From the IMG/VR virus record IMGVR_UViG_3300028392_000054, positions 17,730 through 81,729 of that record: a stretch of DNA of 64,000 nt; one strand, given 5' to 3'. This DNA is from a virus. This document shows, piece after piece, positions 1 through 8,562 of this stretch. The position numbers were made by a program, and so were the translations under genes. The notes beneath the pieces were generated by a model, which did not search any database, had not been told where the DNA came from, and saw only the letters and a program-made list of their open reading frames with translations. Positions within the stretch are counted from its first letter, which is position 1. The number at the start of each line of letters is the position of its first letter.

Positions 1-75
1 AGCTGCGCCATCCGCAGCTTCCATTTGACTATCATCTTTACGGTCATTCATAGTACCGACTTGTGGGGTATTCAT
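1..75 (-). CDS. hypothetical protein, truncated by window edge
   Basis: ATG at 75-73 overlaps the TAA of the upstream gene (TAATG); frame open to position 1 (MNTPQVGTMNDRKDDSQMEAADGA...). Confidence 0.5.
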   Translation of the reverse strand, partial: MNTPQVGTMNDRKDDSQMEAADGAA

Positions 76-338
76 TAGCCCTTTAATTCGTGTTGAGCCG
101 CAGTAGCCATAGCAGCATCCTGCTGACCTACATTAAATGAGCCCATCCTAGATTCGCCACTGTTACTGCGTTCTGCATAGCCGTGTCCACCGCCAGTAGG
201 CATGAACCCGCCCTTACCTAACTTACTAAGTAAACCGCTTCCGCCTTCAGCGGCTGCGCCGCCTTCAGCTGCGGCAGCTGCTCCACCAGCGGCTTCTCCT
301 GCTACTAATCCTTCGGCTAAAGGTGCTAAAAATGCCAT
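75..338 (-). CDS. small Gly/Ala-rich hypothetical protein
   Basis: 87-aa ORF, GGAG RBS, tightly packed with neighbours. Confidence 0.6.
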   Translation of the reverse strand: MAFLAPLAEGLVAGEAAGGAAAAAEGGAAAEGGSGLLSKLGKGGFMPTGGGHGYAERSNSGESRMGSFNVGQQDAAMATAAQHELKG

Positions 339-339
339 T

Positions 340-861
340 TTATCTCCATTGCGGGCTTAAGCCGCGTAGCTGTGTGTTGCGGACTTTATTCATTTCTAGT
401 AGGCTACTAGAGCGTGTGTTTGCCTTACCGTCGTTTACTAAGTGAGGCGCTGGTGCCAAAGCAAATGCTGGAGCAAATCTAGAAGCAGGCTTACCTCTCT
501 TAGCGGCAGCCATCTGCCTTGCAATACCACGGTTTGCAGCAAATCCTGAAGGCAAATAGTAATCACTCGGGTCAATTCGCTCGCCGCGATGAACGCCGCG
601 CTGATAACCACGTTGCGTTTGGCGTACTTTTAGGCCGTCTAAGACCTGCTCAGATACGCTATTAGGGCGACCACGATCATCGCGACGAGTTCGAATTGTT
701 CCAAGATAACCGTCTGGATATTCCGCAGACGGTTCTCGGCCAACACCTAAGCGCAGGAAGTCAAGGTCAGAGCGGGCAACAGCCACGCCACCGCCACCAT
801 AGTTGGTGTAGGTGCCATACATACCATTGGCACCGAGGCTTTGAACGTTTTGACTAGGCAT
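340..861 (-). CDS. hypothetical protein (Arg/Gly-rich)
   Basis: 173-aa ORF; TAAACT -10 box 6 nt before ATG suggests a leaderless mRNA. Confidence 0.7.
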   Translation of the reverse strand: MPSQNVQSLGANGMYGTYTNYGGGGVAVARSDLDFLRLGVGREPSAEYPDGYLGTIRTRRDDRGRPNSVSEQVLDGLKVRQTQRGYQRGVHRGERIDPSDYYLPSGFAANRGIARQMAAAKRGKPASRFAPAFALAPAPHLVNDGKANTRSSSLLEMNKVRNTQLRGLSPQWR

Positions 862-881
862 ACCTATAGTTTATACACTAA

Positions 882-1898
882 TTAAGCTAAATTAGTTCTA
901 AACTCTTGTCCCATAAATACTGCCCAGTCATCTAGGATTGGAACTGATAGTAGGGTAAATTCGCCTGTGTCTTTATACCACGCAAAACCTACTCCCTGTT
1001 GCCAGTTTTCCCAGTATTTAACTGGTTTCTCATTAGGGGTAATTCCACCCTTGACGCTAGGTACCGAACCATCTACACGACATAGACATCCAGGGCTAAA
1101 CGCAGCATTACGAGCTGGCCCATTACTGGTGTGGTTAGTGTGGTACATCATTTCAATTCGGTGGATGTGCCCATAAATTACGGAAACATGGTGATTTGAA
1201 TTAATATACTTCATAGCCGTACTACCGGCCGAATTAACCCGGTCGCCGTGGATACAGCGTAGGTTCTCATTCAACCAGTATTCGCCCGCTGGGTATCCGC
1301 TGGCGTACTTGATGTTTAGTTCATCCATACGTAACAAATGTGGAAGGCTGTTTACTGGCCAATCACTTGGAGTAGTTCCTGCCTGACGCATATTTGATAC
1401 GGCTGGTGCGTTCTCTGCCAAATACTTATATATACGGCAATCGTGGTTACCTTCTAGGAATACAATTTCTGCATCCGGAACTGTAGCGCGCTGGGCAGCC
1501 AGATACTCATAGCCACGCTGGATGGCTAGATTAGTCGAGTTCTGGAACGCAATCTCCTGATGGTGACGGCTCTGTGCTGGTAGGTCTAGGGTATCCCCTA
1601 GGTTTACCACAGTATCCACGCCAAACTGTTGATGTGCATAGTTTATAATCTGTAGGGCAATGTCAATTGCTTTCTCGGAATGAAATTCAATTACTGTCCC
1701 ATCCTCATAGACACGGTAACCGATTTGGGTATCCGGCAGCAGCGCAGCCAATTTCCAATCGTTCTTTCCCTTTTTAGGTTTAGTAATAGTTGACGGTTTA
1801 ATCGTCATTTTTTGAGCCTGTATGATTGGAAATTCTTTTAGCGGGTCTTCTCTCAGAAGTTTCGCTAATTCTTTGGCTAAGCTGTCGGACAAGTGCAT
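882..1898 (-). CDS. calcineurin-like metallophosphoesterase
   Basis: motifs PDTQ, GDTLD, GNHD, HGD, GHIH in canonical order. Confidence 0.9.
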   Translation of the reverse strand: MHLSDSLAKELAKLLREDPLKEFPIIQAQKMTIKPSTITKPKKGKNDWKLAALLPDTQIGYRVYEDGTVIEFHSEKAIDIALQIINYAHQQFGVDTVVNLGDTLDLPAQSRHHQEIAFQNSTNLAIQRGYEYLAAQRATVPDAEIVFLEGNHDCRIYKYLAENAPAVSNMRQAGTTPSDWPVNSLPHLLRMDELNIKYASGYPAGEYWLNENLRCIHGDRVNSAGSTAMKYINSNHHVSVIYGHIHRIEMMYHTNHTSNGPARNAAFSPGCLCRVDGSVPSVKGGITPNEKPVKYWENWQQGVGFAWYKDTGEFTLLSVPILDDWAVFMGQEFRTNLA

Positions 1899-2119
1899 AC
1901 TCCTCGCATGTGGTAGTTAAATGACGTTTGCTTAAATGGGATATCTGGATGGTACTTTTTAATTAACTTTAATGCTTCTGACATGTTTAAATTAGGTTTC
2001 CCCTGAAGGGTGGCAAAAACTTCTTGGAAATCTTTGTCTTGCGCTTGAACCCAGATGTTTACTACACACCCTATTGCATCTGACTTAGCTGCCAGTAGCT
2101 TCAGTTCATCTATTAACAT
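1877..2119 (-). CDS. hypothetical protein
   Basis: ORF track; start moved to MLIDELK after GGGAGAGG RBS. Confidence 0.7.
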   Translation of the reverse strand: MLIDELKLLAAKSDAIGCVVNIWVQAQDKDFQEVFATLQGKPNLNMSEALKLIKKYHPDIPFKQTSFNYHMRGVCTCPTA

Positions 2120-2173
2120 AAACCTCTCCCGGTCTCTATATATTATTATCACACAAGAATGTGATGTACGTTG

Positions 2174-2202
2174 ATTATCGCCGATAATTTTTGGTTTGTC
2201 AA
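2174..2202 (-). promoter_or_regulatory. sigma70/SigA-type promoter with overlapping palindrome
   Basis: TTGACA (2202-2197), 17 bp, GATAAT (2179-2174); ATTATCG-N-CGATAAT palindrome 2174-2188. Confidence 0.7.
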
Positions 2203-2208
2203 GACAAT

Positions 2209-2236
2209 AAAAAAGCCCCCATCGCTGGGGGCTTTT
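2209..2236. terminator. intrinsic terminator, potentially bidirectional
   Basis: AAAAGCCCCCA-TCGC-TGGGGGCTTTT hairpin with T-tracts on both strands. Confidence 0.85.
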
Positions 2237-2253
2237 CCTATACCTTGTCGGGG

Positions 2254-2571
2254 TTAGTTATGGTCAGACATTCCGTCTGTAAACTGTGCTGATGTGCGGT
2301 TAGTAGACGCTGGCAGAATACGACCGTTACCCTGTGTAGGACCAATCTGAGGGTCTACATATGAAGGCATCTTTGTAGTAATACCGTATTGCTTAGTGCT
2401 TGTTGCTTTAATTTTTGTGCGGCTAGGCTTTGCCTGCTTGTAAGGGTCGCCTGATGCTGTGTTCTTCTTCTTTACAAGCGTTCCTCTTTCAGGTTTTCCT
2501 GAAGGATTATTAGCAGTTGAAGCTGCGCTAGTTCCCATTGTAGGGAATTTGCCTTGTGGTTGTTTATCCAT
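2254..2571 (-). CDS. hypothetical basic protein
   Basis: 105-aa ORF with GAGG RBS. Confidence 0.65.
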   Translation of the reverse strand: MDKQPQGKFPTMGTSAASTANNPSGKPERGTLVKKKNTASGDPYKQAKPSRTKIKATSTKQYGITTKMPSYVDPQIGPTQGNGRILPASTNRTSAQFTDGMSDHN

Positions 2572-2636
2572 GGTTTTTACCTCTTTGGCCTAAGATGGTT
2601 GATACTTTAACGATACAGGTAATTGGCTAAATATGC

Positions 2637-2918
2637 TTAATTAACTGAATTTACTTTAAATACGATTGCGCTGATACTTTCGCCATTAATCTCTACGGAC
2701 TGAAATCCTGGAATACATACTAGGCTTATTCCGCGTGGCGCGGTATATCCGCTGGCAATGGCAATGGCTTTTACAGCTTGGTTAACTGGTCCCGCGCCTA
2801 CAGCGCGAATCTTACAAGTTCCTTTTTCGTAAATAGCGTGTGCAATAGCTGACGCCACTGCTTGGGGGTTACTAGACGCGCTTACGCGTAATACATTTTC
2901 ATCTTGTGATTCAGACAT
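2637..2918 (-). CDS. spoVS: stage V sporulation protein S (SpoVS) family
   Basis: VLRVSASSNPQAVASAIA...IRAVGAGPVNQAVKAIAIASG...LVCIPGF matches the SpoVS signature. Confidence 0.9.
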   Translation of the reverse strand: MSESQDENVLRVSASSNPQAVASAIAHAIYEKGTCKIRAVGAGPVNQAVKAIAIASGYTAPRGISLVCIPGFQSVEINGESISAIVFKVNSVN

Positions 2919-2981
2919 TTAATTACCTTAAATTGTGTTAGTACTCCCGTACTTCTACTATAAAGGTAAAATAGGCTTAAT

Positions 2982-3419
2982 TTAGGCCCAATCCAAATTT
3001 TCTCTGATGTCTGGCATTACCCCGATTTCACGGTTATCCCAGTTTCCATCAAGTACCATAAGGGCAATAATCGAGTAATTGGCCATATCGATAAAGCTAT
3101 CGCGCAGGCTCTCGTTTTCAGGCTTAGCCCCGCTATCGTACAGGTGATTGATTCTGGCTAACTTATCGTGCATACGTACTCTAAGTCCGTTCAAAGGGCC
3201 GCCAGGGCTTTCGCTGATGTTCTTTGGTCCATAATCTTTGTGCTTTTTAACCAGCAACTGCTCTGCCTCTAAAAACTTAGTAGCCAGCATATTTTCAAAG
3301 TTTTCTTGAAGTACCTGTGCTTTTAGCTCCTCTGTCGTAGGTCCTGATTTACGGATAAATTCTCTTGCTGCTTCTGATAGGCCATTGAAATCGCCTGGGT
3401 CTCCTGGTTTAAACGCCAT
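2982..3419 (-). CDS. nucleotide modification associated domain 1 (DUF1599-like, all-alpha NTP pyrophosphohydrolase-like)
   Basis: KKHKDYG...RMHDKLARI...ESLRDSFIDMANYSII pattern; start placed at MAFKPG after AAGGAG. Confidence 0.75.
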   Translation of the reverse strand: MAFKPGDPGDFNGLSEAAREFIRKSGPTTEELKAQVLQENFENMLATKFLEAEQLLVKKHKDYGPKNISESPGGPLNGLRVRMHDKLARINHLYDSGAKPENESLRDSFIDMANYSIIALMVLDGNWDNREIGVMPDIRENLDWA

Positions 3420-3420
3420 G

Positions 3421-3570
3421 TTATTCTCCTTGTTCATTGTGGCAGGAACATCCGCAGATTTTCTCTGAGGCTGTCCCCATTGATAGTTTTACTACTTTTG
3501 GGCAATTATCATGATGCCCAGTTATACACCAACCAGTACGATCGGTTCCTTGTAAATTTTTATTCCTCAT
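3421..3570 (-). CDS. small Cys/His-rich hypothetical protein
   Basis: hand-translated 49 aa MRNKNLQGTDRTGWCITGHHDNCP...CGCSCHNEQGE; fills the gap. Confidence 0.55.
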   Translation of the reverse strand: MRNKNLQGTDRTGWCITGHHDNCPKVVKLSMGTASEKICGCSCHNEQGE

Positions 3571-3697
3571 CGTCGTGAAAGTGCTCTAAGTCTATACCTT
3601 TTACAACGCCAATTAGTGTCATTATTCCAGCCAATACTAAAGTAACAACTACAGTAATGGATACGAATAATACTACTGCTGCAATAATTTCTACCAT
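3560..3697 (-). CDS. small single-TM membrane protein
   Basis: hand-translated 45 aa MVEIIAAVVLFVSITVVVTLVLAGIMTLIG...DDEE. Confidence 0.55.
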   Translation of the reverse strand: MVEIIAAVVLFVSITVVVTLVLAGIMTLIGVVKGIDLEHFHDDEE

Positions 3698-3700
3698 TTA

Positions 3701-3946
3701 TTAATCCTTTAGTTCTCGTATGAATTGTACAATTATATGTGCATCACAGCTATTTCCGCAAGATGCTGATTTGTGTGGAGCACCGTCTTCTATAAGCTGT
3801 GCTACTCTAGCTCGTTCATCAAACTTACTAGTTTTTAACTCTTTATTTTGTCGCTTTATTATTAACCAGTATGAGGCCAAGATATACGCAAATATACGGG
3901 CAGCAAACCCTGTTCGTTTTTTTGCGTCCTCAAACCCCATAAACAT
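3701..3946 (-). CDS. hypothetical protein
   Basis: 81-aa ORF, TAATG-coupled to upstream gene. Confidence 0.6.
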   Translation of the reverse strand: MFMGFEDAKKRTGFAARIFAYILASYWLIIKRQNKELKTSKFDERARVAQLIEDGAPHKSASCGNSCDAHIIVQFIRELKD

Positions 3947-4536
3947 TAAGGTTTTTCCCTAAAATTAGGGCCTTTAATCTTTTCAAGAATTTCTAATTCA
4001 TAGGCTAGGTTACCTTTACCGGCAGCTAGCATAGCTAGGGCATATGAGTCCGCGGCGTTATCGTCGTTAAACTCTACGCCCCACTTTTTATATACCGCTA
4101 AAAGTACCTGATTTTTTTGTACGCCTGTGCCTTTACCTGTGATGTATTTCTTTAAAGTAGTTGGCGGAATAATGTATGGGTACTTACCCTCAAATTCATC
4201 CAGTTCATTGTAGCAAACCAGTTTTACTATGGCACCTAATTCGCCCAGCATATGGGCCATTGTGGTGCCAAAGGCATAGCCTTCCATGGCTACAATAATT
4301 GACGAAGGCTTATTATAGAAAGTATAGTAGTCCAATATTTCTGTAAGTTTTTCTTGAATCCAAACCAAACGGTCAATGTGTAGCCCTTCTGCTTTAAACA
4401 CATTAGTTTTATAATCCGCTACGTCTTCTGCGTCAAGTACGGTTATCCCAAACCCGGAATAAGATTGGTCTATACCAATTGCAATACTATTTACATCTCG
4501 CCCTAGTCCTGGCCCAAATACCTTATCTTTTGCCAT
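3946..4536 (-). CDS. ruvC: RuvC-like Holliday junction resolvase
   Basis: IGIDQSYSGFG, MEGYAFG, PTTLKKYITGKG, DNAADSYALA RNase H-fold motifs. Confidence 0.85.
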   Translation of the reverse strand: MAKDKVFGPGLGRDVNSIAIGIDQSYSGFGITVLDAEDVADYKTNVFKAEGLHIDRLVWIQEKLTEILDYYTFYNKPSSIIVAMEGYAFGTTMAHMLGELGAIVKLVCYNELDEFEGKYPYIIPPTTLKKYITGKGTGVQKNQVLLAVYKKWGVEFNDDNAADSYALAMLAAGKGNLAYELEILEKIKGPNFREKP

Positions 4537-5039
4537 TATGCGGTAAACTTACGACTTCTGGTTTTAAAGTTATCGCTTGATGTTCTACGGGTCAGCTCAC
4601 GGCTACATACCGCGGTGCTACGTTCGTAGTTATTAACCATGGTCTCTAGCATTTTGCGATACGAGTACTTTACCAAGGCCTCCTGGCGCACTTCACCGAG
4701 TGTAGGGTCGCCATCAACTAAGGCTTTAATAATAGTTACTGTGGTCTTAGCGTTGTTTGTCTGATGACGTAGCATTGCCTCTGACTCAGCATAATCTCTG
4801 TTACGTTCTGCATCTTTTTCATCGATAATGGCACAGGCTAATTGCGTACTTAGAAACTCACTGTAAGCCGATAAATGTGTGTATAAACGCATTAGGTCTT
4901 CATCATCTAACTCTGTGATATCAGCTGGAAGCTCTGGGCGTGGCATAGACGTTTCACGGTCTACAGTCAATCCTTGTTCATCAAGCATATCTAAGATGTA
5001 CTTGCTGGTGTCATTTGTGATTAATGTTGTCTTACTCAT
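4536..5039 (-). CDS. helical hypothetical protein, possibly a UvsY-like recombination mediator
   Basis: all-helical 167 aa within the recombination cluster; family assignment tentative. Confidence 0.45.
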   Translation of the reverse strand: MSKTTLITNDTSKYILDMLDEQGLTVDRETSMPRPELPADITELDDEDLMRLYTHLSAYSEFLSTQLACAIIDEKDAERNRDYAESEAMLRHQTNNAKTTVTIIKALVDGDPTLGEVRQEALVKYSYRKMLETMVNNYERSTAVCSRELTRRTSSDNFKTRSRKFTA

Positions 5040-5907
5040 TGAACCCTCCGCATTGTTTGCATTTTAACGCTCCGCCAACATTACAGTCTGGGGCGTTGTT
5101 CTTGGATAACGAGTCTACCACAATTTGTGCGCCATCAATAATCGGTTGAATTGCCCAATCATCTTTGCGAACGATAAACTCTTTAACTTCCTGTGTAGGC
5201 TTTGCTTCGTACAATAACACAGCTTCCTGTGGTACATCTGTGCGACCAGATAACTCTAACACTTTCATATATAACTGAACCTGGGCTACGTGAGCCTCAA
5301 ATGGTGACTTAAGGTTTTTCCATGCTTCAGCAAAATCTTGATTTGATGCAAACCAGTTTGACCGGTCGTACCACATAAATGTACCGGCACCTACTGACTT
5401 AATTTCAAGCATTAGGTCATCGCCAAATCCTTTTAGCCAACCATCTGAATGGCCAGTAATCATCAACTTGTCATATTCTACGGGAACTTCTTTATAACGC
5501 ATTGTTCCTTGCGTACTACAGGCGTCACAACCTTCTGGGCTAGTTTCCCAAATTTTAATAAAGCAGCTCTTACACTCCCATACACCATACAGCTTACCCA
5601 TGTCACGAAACCAATTTTGCCAAGTAGCATGAATACCATGGCCTTGTGCAAAAATTAATTCACGTTTAAATTGGCGAGCTTCTGGTGTAGGGTGATTACC
5701 TTTTAAATGAAAGTAAGACGCACGATGGCACCAATAAGGGCTAACCATGGCGGATGGGTGCAGACCGTTAAACGATCTAGAATTATCTATAGGTTGCGAT
5801 AGTACAAAGCGTTCTACTTTGCTAATCACTCTTGTGGTTGATTTACCGGCATCTACAAAGCTTTTCAATGCACCTGCTGGTATTTTTTTTAGTTTTTTCT
5901 CTGGCAT
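5032..5907 (-). CDS. Cas4-like PD-(D/E)XK exonuclease
   Basis: GHSDG...LEIKS, QVQLYM; N-terminal Cys plus C-terminal C-x7-C-x2-C; internal CxxC...CxxC. Confidence 0.85.
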   Translation of the reverse strand: MPEKKLKKIPAGALKSFVDAGKSTTRVISKVERFVLSQPIDNSRSFNGLHPSAMVSPYWCHRASYFHLKGNHPTPEARQFKRELIFAQGHGIHATWQNWFRDMGKLYGVWECKSCFIKIWETSPEGCDACSTQGTMRYKEVPVEYDKLMITGHSDGWLKGFGDDLMLEIKSVGAGTFMWYDRSNWFASNQDFAEAWKNLKSPFEAHVAQVQLYMKVLELSGRTDVPQEAVLLYEAKPTQEVKEFIVRKDDWAIQPIIDGAQIVVDSLSKNNAPDCNVGGALKCKQCGGFNE

Positions 5908-5944
5908 GTTTTATGTCCTCCACTGAAGAACATAGCACACTTTT

Positions 5945-6319
5945 CTATGGTTGTCTACTAGCTTTTTTAGCAAGTTCTTCTAAAGTAGTTCCTTGCTTTT
6001 TAGCTTTACGTTTTAAGGCGTTTCGTTCACGATGGCTCATGCCGCCCCAGATACCGTGCACTTCATCGTTCTTATCCGCAAACATAAGGCATTGTAATCT
6101 TACTGGGCATTCACCTTTGCCATCACGGCCAAAACAAATTGATTTAGCTTTGTCTGCTATTGGCTTATACAGGTCTTTATCTCTTGGCGGAAACCAAAGG
6201 TCTGGATTATATACGAATACATAATCTTTGGTTTTGTCATCATATTTTCTGGTACCGCACTTGGATTCATATTGCCAAGGGTCTGGTTCTGAAAGAAAGC
6301 TAGTAAACGGGGTAGACAA
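5945..6319 (-). CDS. whiB: WhiB family Fe-S transcription factor
   Basis: four Cys pattern, PDLWFP, AKSIC...CPVRLQCL, GIWGG, basic C-terminus. Confidence 0.92.
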   Translation of the reverse strand: MSTPFTSFLSEPDPWQYESKCGTRKYDDKTKDYVFVYNPDLWFPPRDKDLYKPIADKAKSICFGRDGKGECPVRLQCLMFADKNDEVHGIWGGMSHRERNALKRKAKKQGTTLEELAKKASRQP

Positions 6320-6338
6320 ATAAACTCCAATAGTTGAG

Positions 6339-6683
6339 CTACTTCTCTTCCGTGTGCTCCTCTATACATTGTAACAGAAATTCTCTCATTGTCAAAAAGT
6401 CATTTTCGTCCATAACCACGTAATTAACCTCATTTAAGCTTATGCCCAAAACGGGCGTACGGCTGTCTAGGAGGGCCTCTGTGGTTATCTTTTCTAATAC
6501 ATCAGACTTCAGGGTAAACGACTTCTTACCGGTCCATTTATGCTCAATTAGAAGGTCTTGTGACCGTACATCGCCTTTGCGAAACCAAAAAGCACCGGAG
6601 GCAACACTACGTTGACCTCCGACGGCTTTAGCAAGGCGTTTCTCATGCTTAAGGGATTGTTTTTGGCCTTCTGACTTAGCCAA
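6339..6683 (-). CDS. Hjc-type PD-(D/E)XK Holliday junction resolvase/endonuclease
   Basis: HEKRLAK...ASGA...KGDV...LIEHKWT. Confidence 0.75.
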   Translation of the reverse strand: MAKSEGQKQSLKHEKRLAKAVGGQRSVASGAFWFRKGDVRSQDLLIEHKWTGKKSFTLKSDVLEKITTEALLDSRTPVLGISLNEVNYVVMDENDFLTMREFLLQCIEEHTEEK

Positions 6684-7695
6684 GCTTTAGGGTACCCATC
6701 ACATCTTTAGTTAATTGGTCTTGCAAATCAACTTCTTCTCGAATTGAATTAAGCAAGGCATCTGCACCTTGCCACTGGCGCTCTGAGTAGCGGTAGTATG
6801 CACCGGCTCTTACAACAATTTTATTAATAATTGCTAAGGATACGATTTCTTTGGCAAAATCATACTCGCCTTTATCAATACCAGAACCGTCGTCAAAGTA
6901 AAAGTCTACAAATGCAGTCTGTCCCGGAGGTGATGACTTGTTCTTTCTAGTCTGGAATTTAATAGTTTGACCTACCTTGCGCTTTTCCTGACCTGTACCA
7001 ATTTCAATCCATTCATCGCGCTTTACATCAACGCGGGTAAAGAAAAAGTAATTCTTACCTTCGCCACCTGGAGTAGTGCGTGGGTCTCCATACATTACGC
7101 CAATTTTCATACGGAACTGGTTAATAATTAAACCAATAAATGGTCGCTCTTCGCCTAACATACTGCGTTTGCCAGCTCGTTCCATTTTACGGAAGAATTT
7201 ACCCATAAGCATTGCGCCACGGCCAACTGTAAATTCTTCCATTTCCTTTTCGTCTTCTGCTGAAGGTACAAGGGCTGGAAGGGAGTCAATAACTACACAA
7301 TCAACTTCTTTAGTTTCTACAAATTCTAAGACAGCTGTTAAAGCAATTTCCATGACGTTGCTACTAAACACAAACACTCGTGAGGAATCTACTCCGCACA
7401 TTTCTGCATATTCTGGAACCCATTGCTCAGCAGCAATCCAAATAGTAGTAAAATCAGGGTTAATTTTCTGGTTAGCTGCAATGGTTTTAAGGGCTAGTGC
7501 GGTCTTACCATTACTTGCTTCACCAATAATCTCATGCCATTGGTTAGTTGGCCAACCACCGCCCAAAATCATATCCAATGACAATGAGCCCGAGGTAAAC
7601 CTAGTCATAGGTACAATCTCAGACGCTTTGACAATAGTATTTTCACCAAGTTTTTTATTTAATTTTGCTACTACAGCATCTACTACTTTAGACAT
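6676..7695 (-). CDS. recA: RecA recombinase
   Basis: SGSLSLDMILGGGWP, Walker A GEASNGKT, VVIDSLPALVP, INQFRMKIGVMYGDPRTTPGG. Confidence 0.95.
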   Translation of the reverse strand: MSKVVDAVVAKLNKKLGENTIVKASEIVPMTRFTSGSLSLDMILGGGWPTNQWHEIIGEASNGKTALALKTIAANQKINPDFTTIWIAAEQWVPEYAEMCGVDSSRVFVFSSNVMEIALTAVLEFVETKEVDCVVIDSLPALVPSAEDEKEMEEFTVGRGAMLMGKFFRKMERAGKRSMLGEERPFIGLIINQFRMKIGVMYGDPRTTPGGEGKNYFFFTRVDVKRDEWIEIGTGQEKRKVGQTIKFQTRKNKSSPPGQTAFVDFYFDDGSGIDKGEYDFAKEIVSLAIINKIVVRAGAYYRYSERQWQGADALLNSIREEVDLQDQLTKDVMGTLKLG

Positions 7696-8114
7696 TAACC
7701 GATCCTATCTATGATTGTGCCAGGGTTGAAATTGTTTGCGGTGCTAACTTGTTTAGCAGCTTCAGTATTACCATTGCTAGGTATTCTAACTCCTGGCATA
7801 CCTGAACCAGACTGTTGAATTGGATAACCGCAATCATAGCAACGAGGTGCTGTCTCTGGGGTCATTTTTCCATAATTACCACTAGAACAGTTTGGACAAC
7901 GACTTGGGGTCAATGCACTGGCTGGGAGCCTATGTCCGGCTAGTTCTGGGTTGTATGGGGGCTGTTGGGTAACCGGAGGATAACCTTGATTAGGAGTATA
8001 CCCAGGATACTGCGGTGTTATACCAGGCTGGACTACAGGAACTTGTTGTTCAGGTAATCGTGGTTGCTGTGGTTGTCTTGGGGTGCCTAATTTATCTGCC
8101 CACCAATTACTCAT
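7695..8114 (-). CDS. Pro/Gln-rich protein with CxxC...CxxC zinc ribbon
   Basis: CPNC...CYDC. Confidence 0.65.
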   Translation of the reverse strand: MSNWWADKLGTPRQPQQPRLPEQQVPVVQPGITPQYPGYTPNQGYPPVTQQPPYNPELAGHRLPASALTPSRCPNCSSGNYGKMTPETAPRCYDCGYPIQQSGSGMPGVRIPSNGNTEAAKQVSTANNFNPGTIIDRIG

Positions 8115-8562
8115 TATCTGTCTCCTTTAATCCGGTATAAGTACCGTGAAGTTTAATTAAATTAAGCTCTACAGCAGCTGAGATAGTTGCTAACAATCCA
8201 TTAAAAGTTAAATTGCTATAGAACTCTTTTAAAGTTGTGGAACTTGATTCTAACATACTTTCATCAACACCTGGGATTTTTAACATCTCTTTGCGGTGAG
8301 CTTCAAAAGAAAACTCAGCATTCATGTTTGCATAGATAGTTAAGAAAGGTAACAGCGCGTCGATATTAAAAAGTCGGTTATCAGAATCATCTTGTTCTTT
8401 TTCATGTCCTTCTTCACTAACGGGTGACAGATTAAAAACTCCAATATTTTTATTAGCATCAGAACCAACGGTATCGTATAAGTACCACCTAAACAAAGTT
8501 GTGACCGGTACTTGATGTATTTCTCCCACACCTTCTGGTTCAGGTATTGGCCAATCGGTCAT
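8107..8562 (-). CDS. hypothetical protein
   Basis: ORF track; start moved to the ATGA overlap with the polA stop. Confidence 0.65.
   Translation of the reverse strand: MTDWPIPEPEGVGEIHQVPVTTLFRWYLYDTVGSDANKNIGVFNLSPVSEEGHEKEQDDSDNRLFNIDALLPFLTIYANMNAEFSFEAHRKEMLKIPGVDESMLESSSTTLKEFYSNLTFNGLLATISAAVELNLIKLHGTYTGLKETDNE

Noticed and set aside
2148-2165. CRP/GlxR site
   Set aside because: Half-sites are TCACA-N6-TGTGA, the inverse of the TGTGA-N6-TCACA consensus.
5032-5907. Cas4-like gene as part of a CRISPR system
   Set aside because: No repeat-spacer array or other cas genes were seen; solo Cas4-like nucleases are common in phage recombination modules.
7076-7714. Long antisense ORFs (7076..7714, 37180..37761, 62982..63566 and others)
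   Set aside because: Shadow frames opposite well-supported genes, with no RBS or recognisable motifs.
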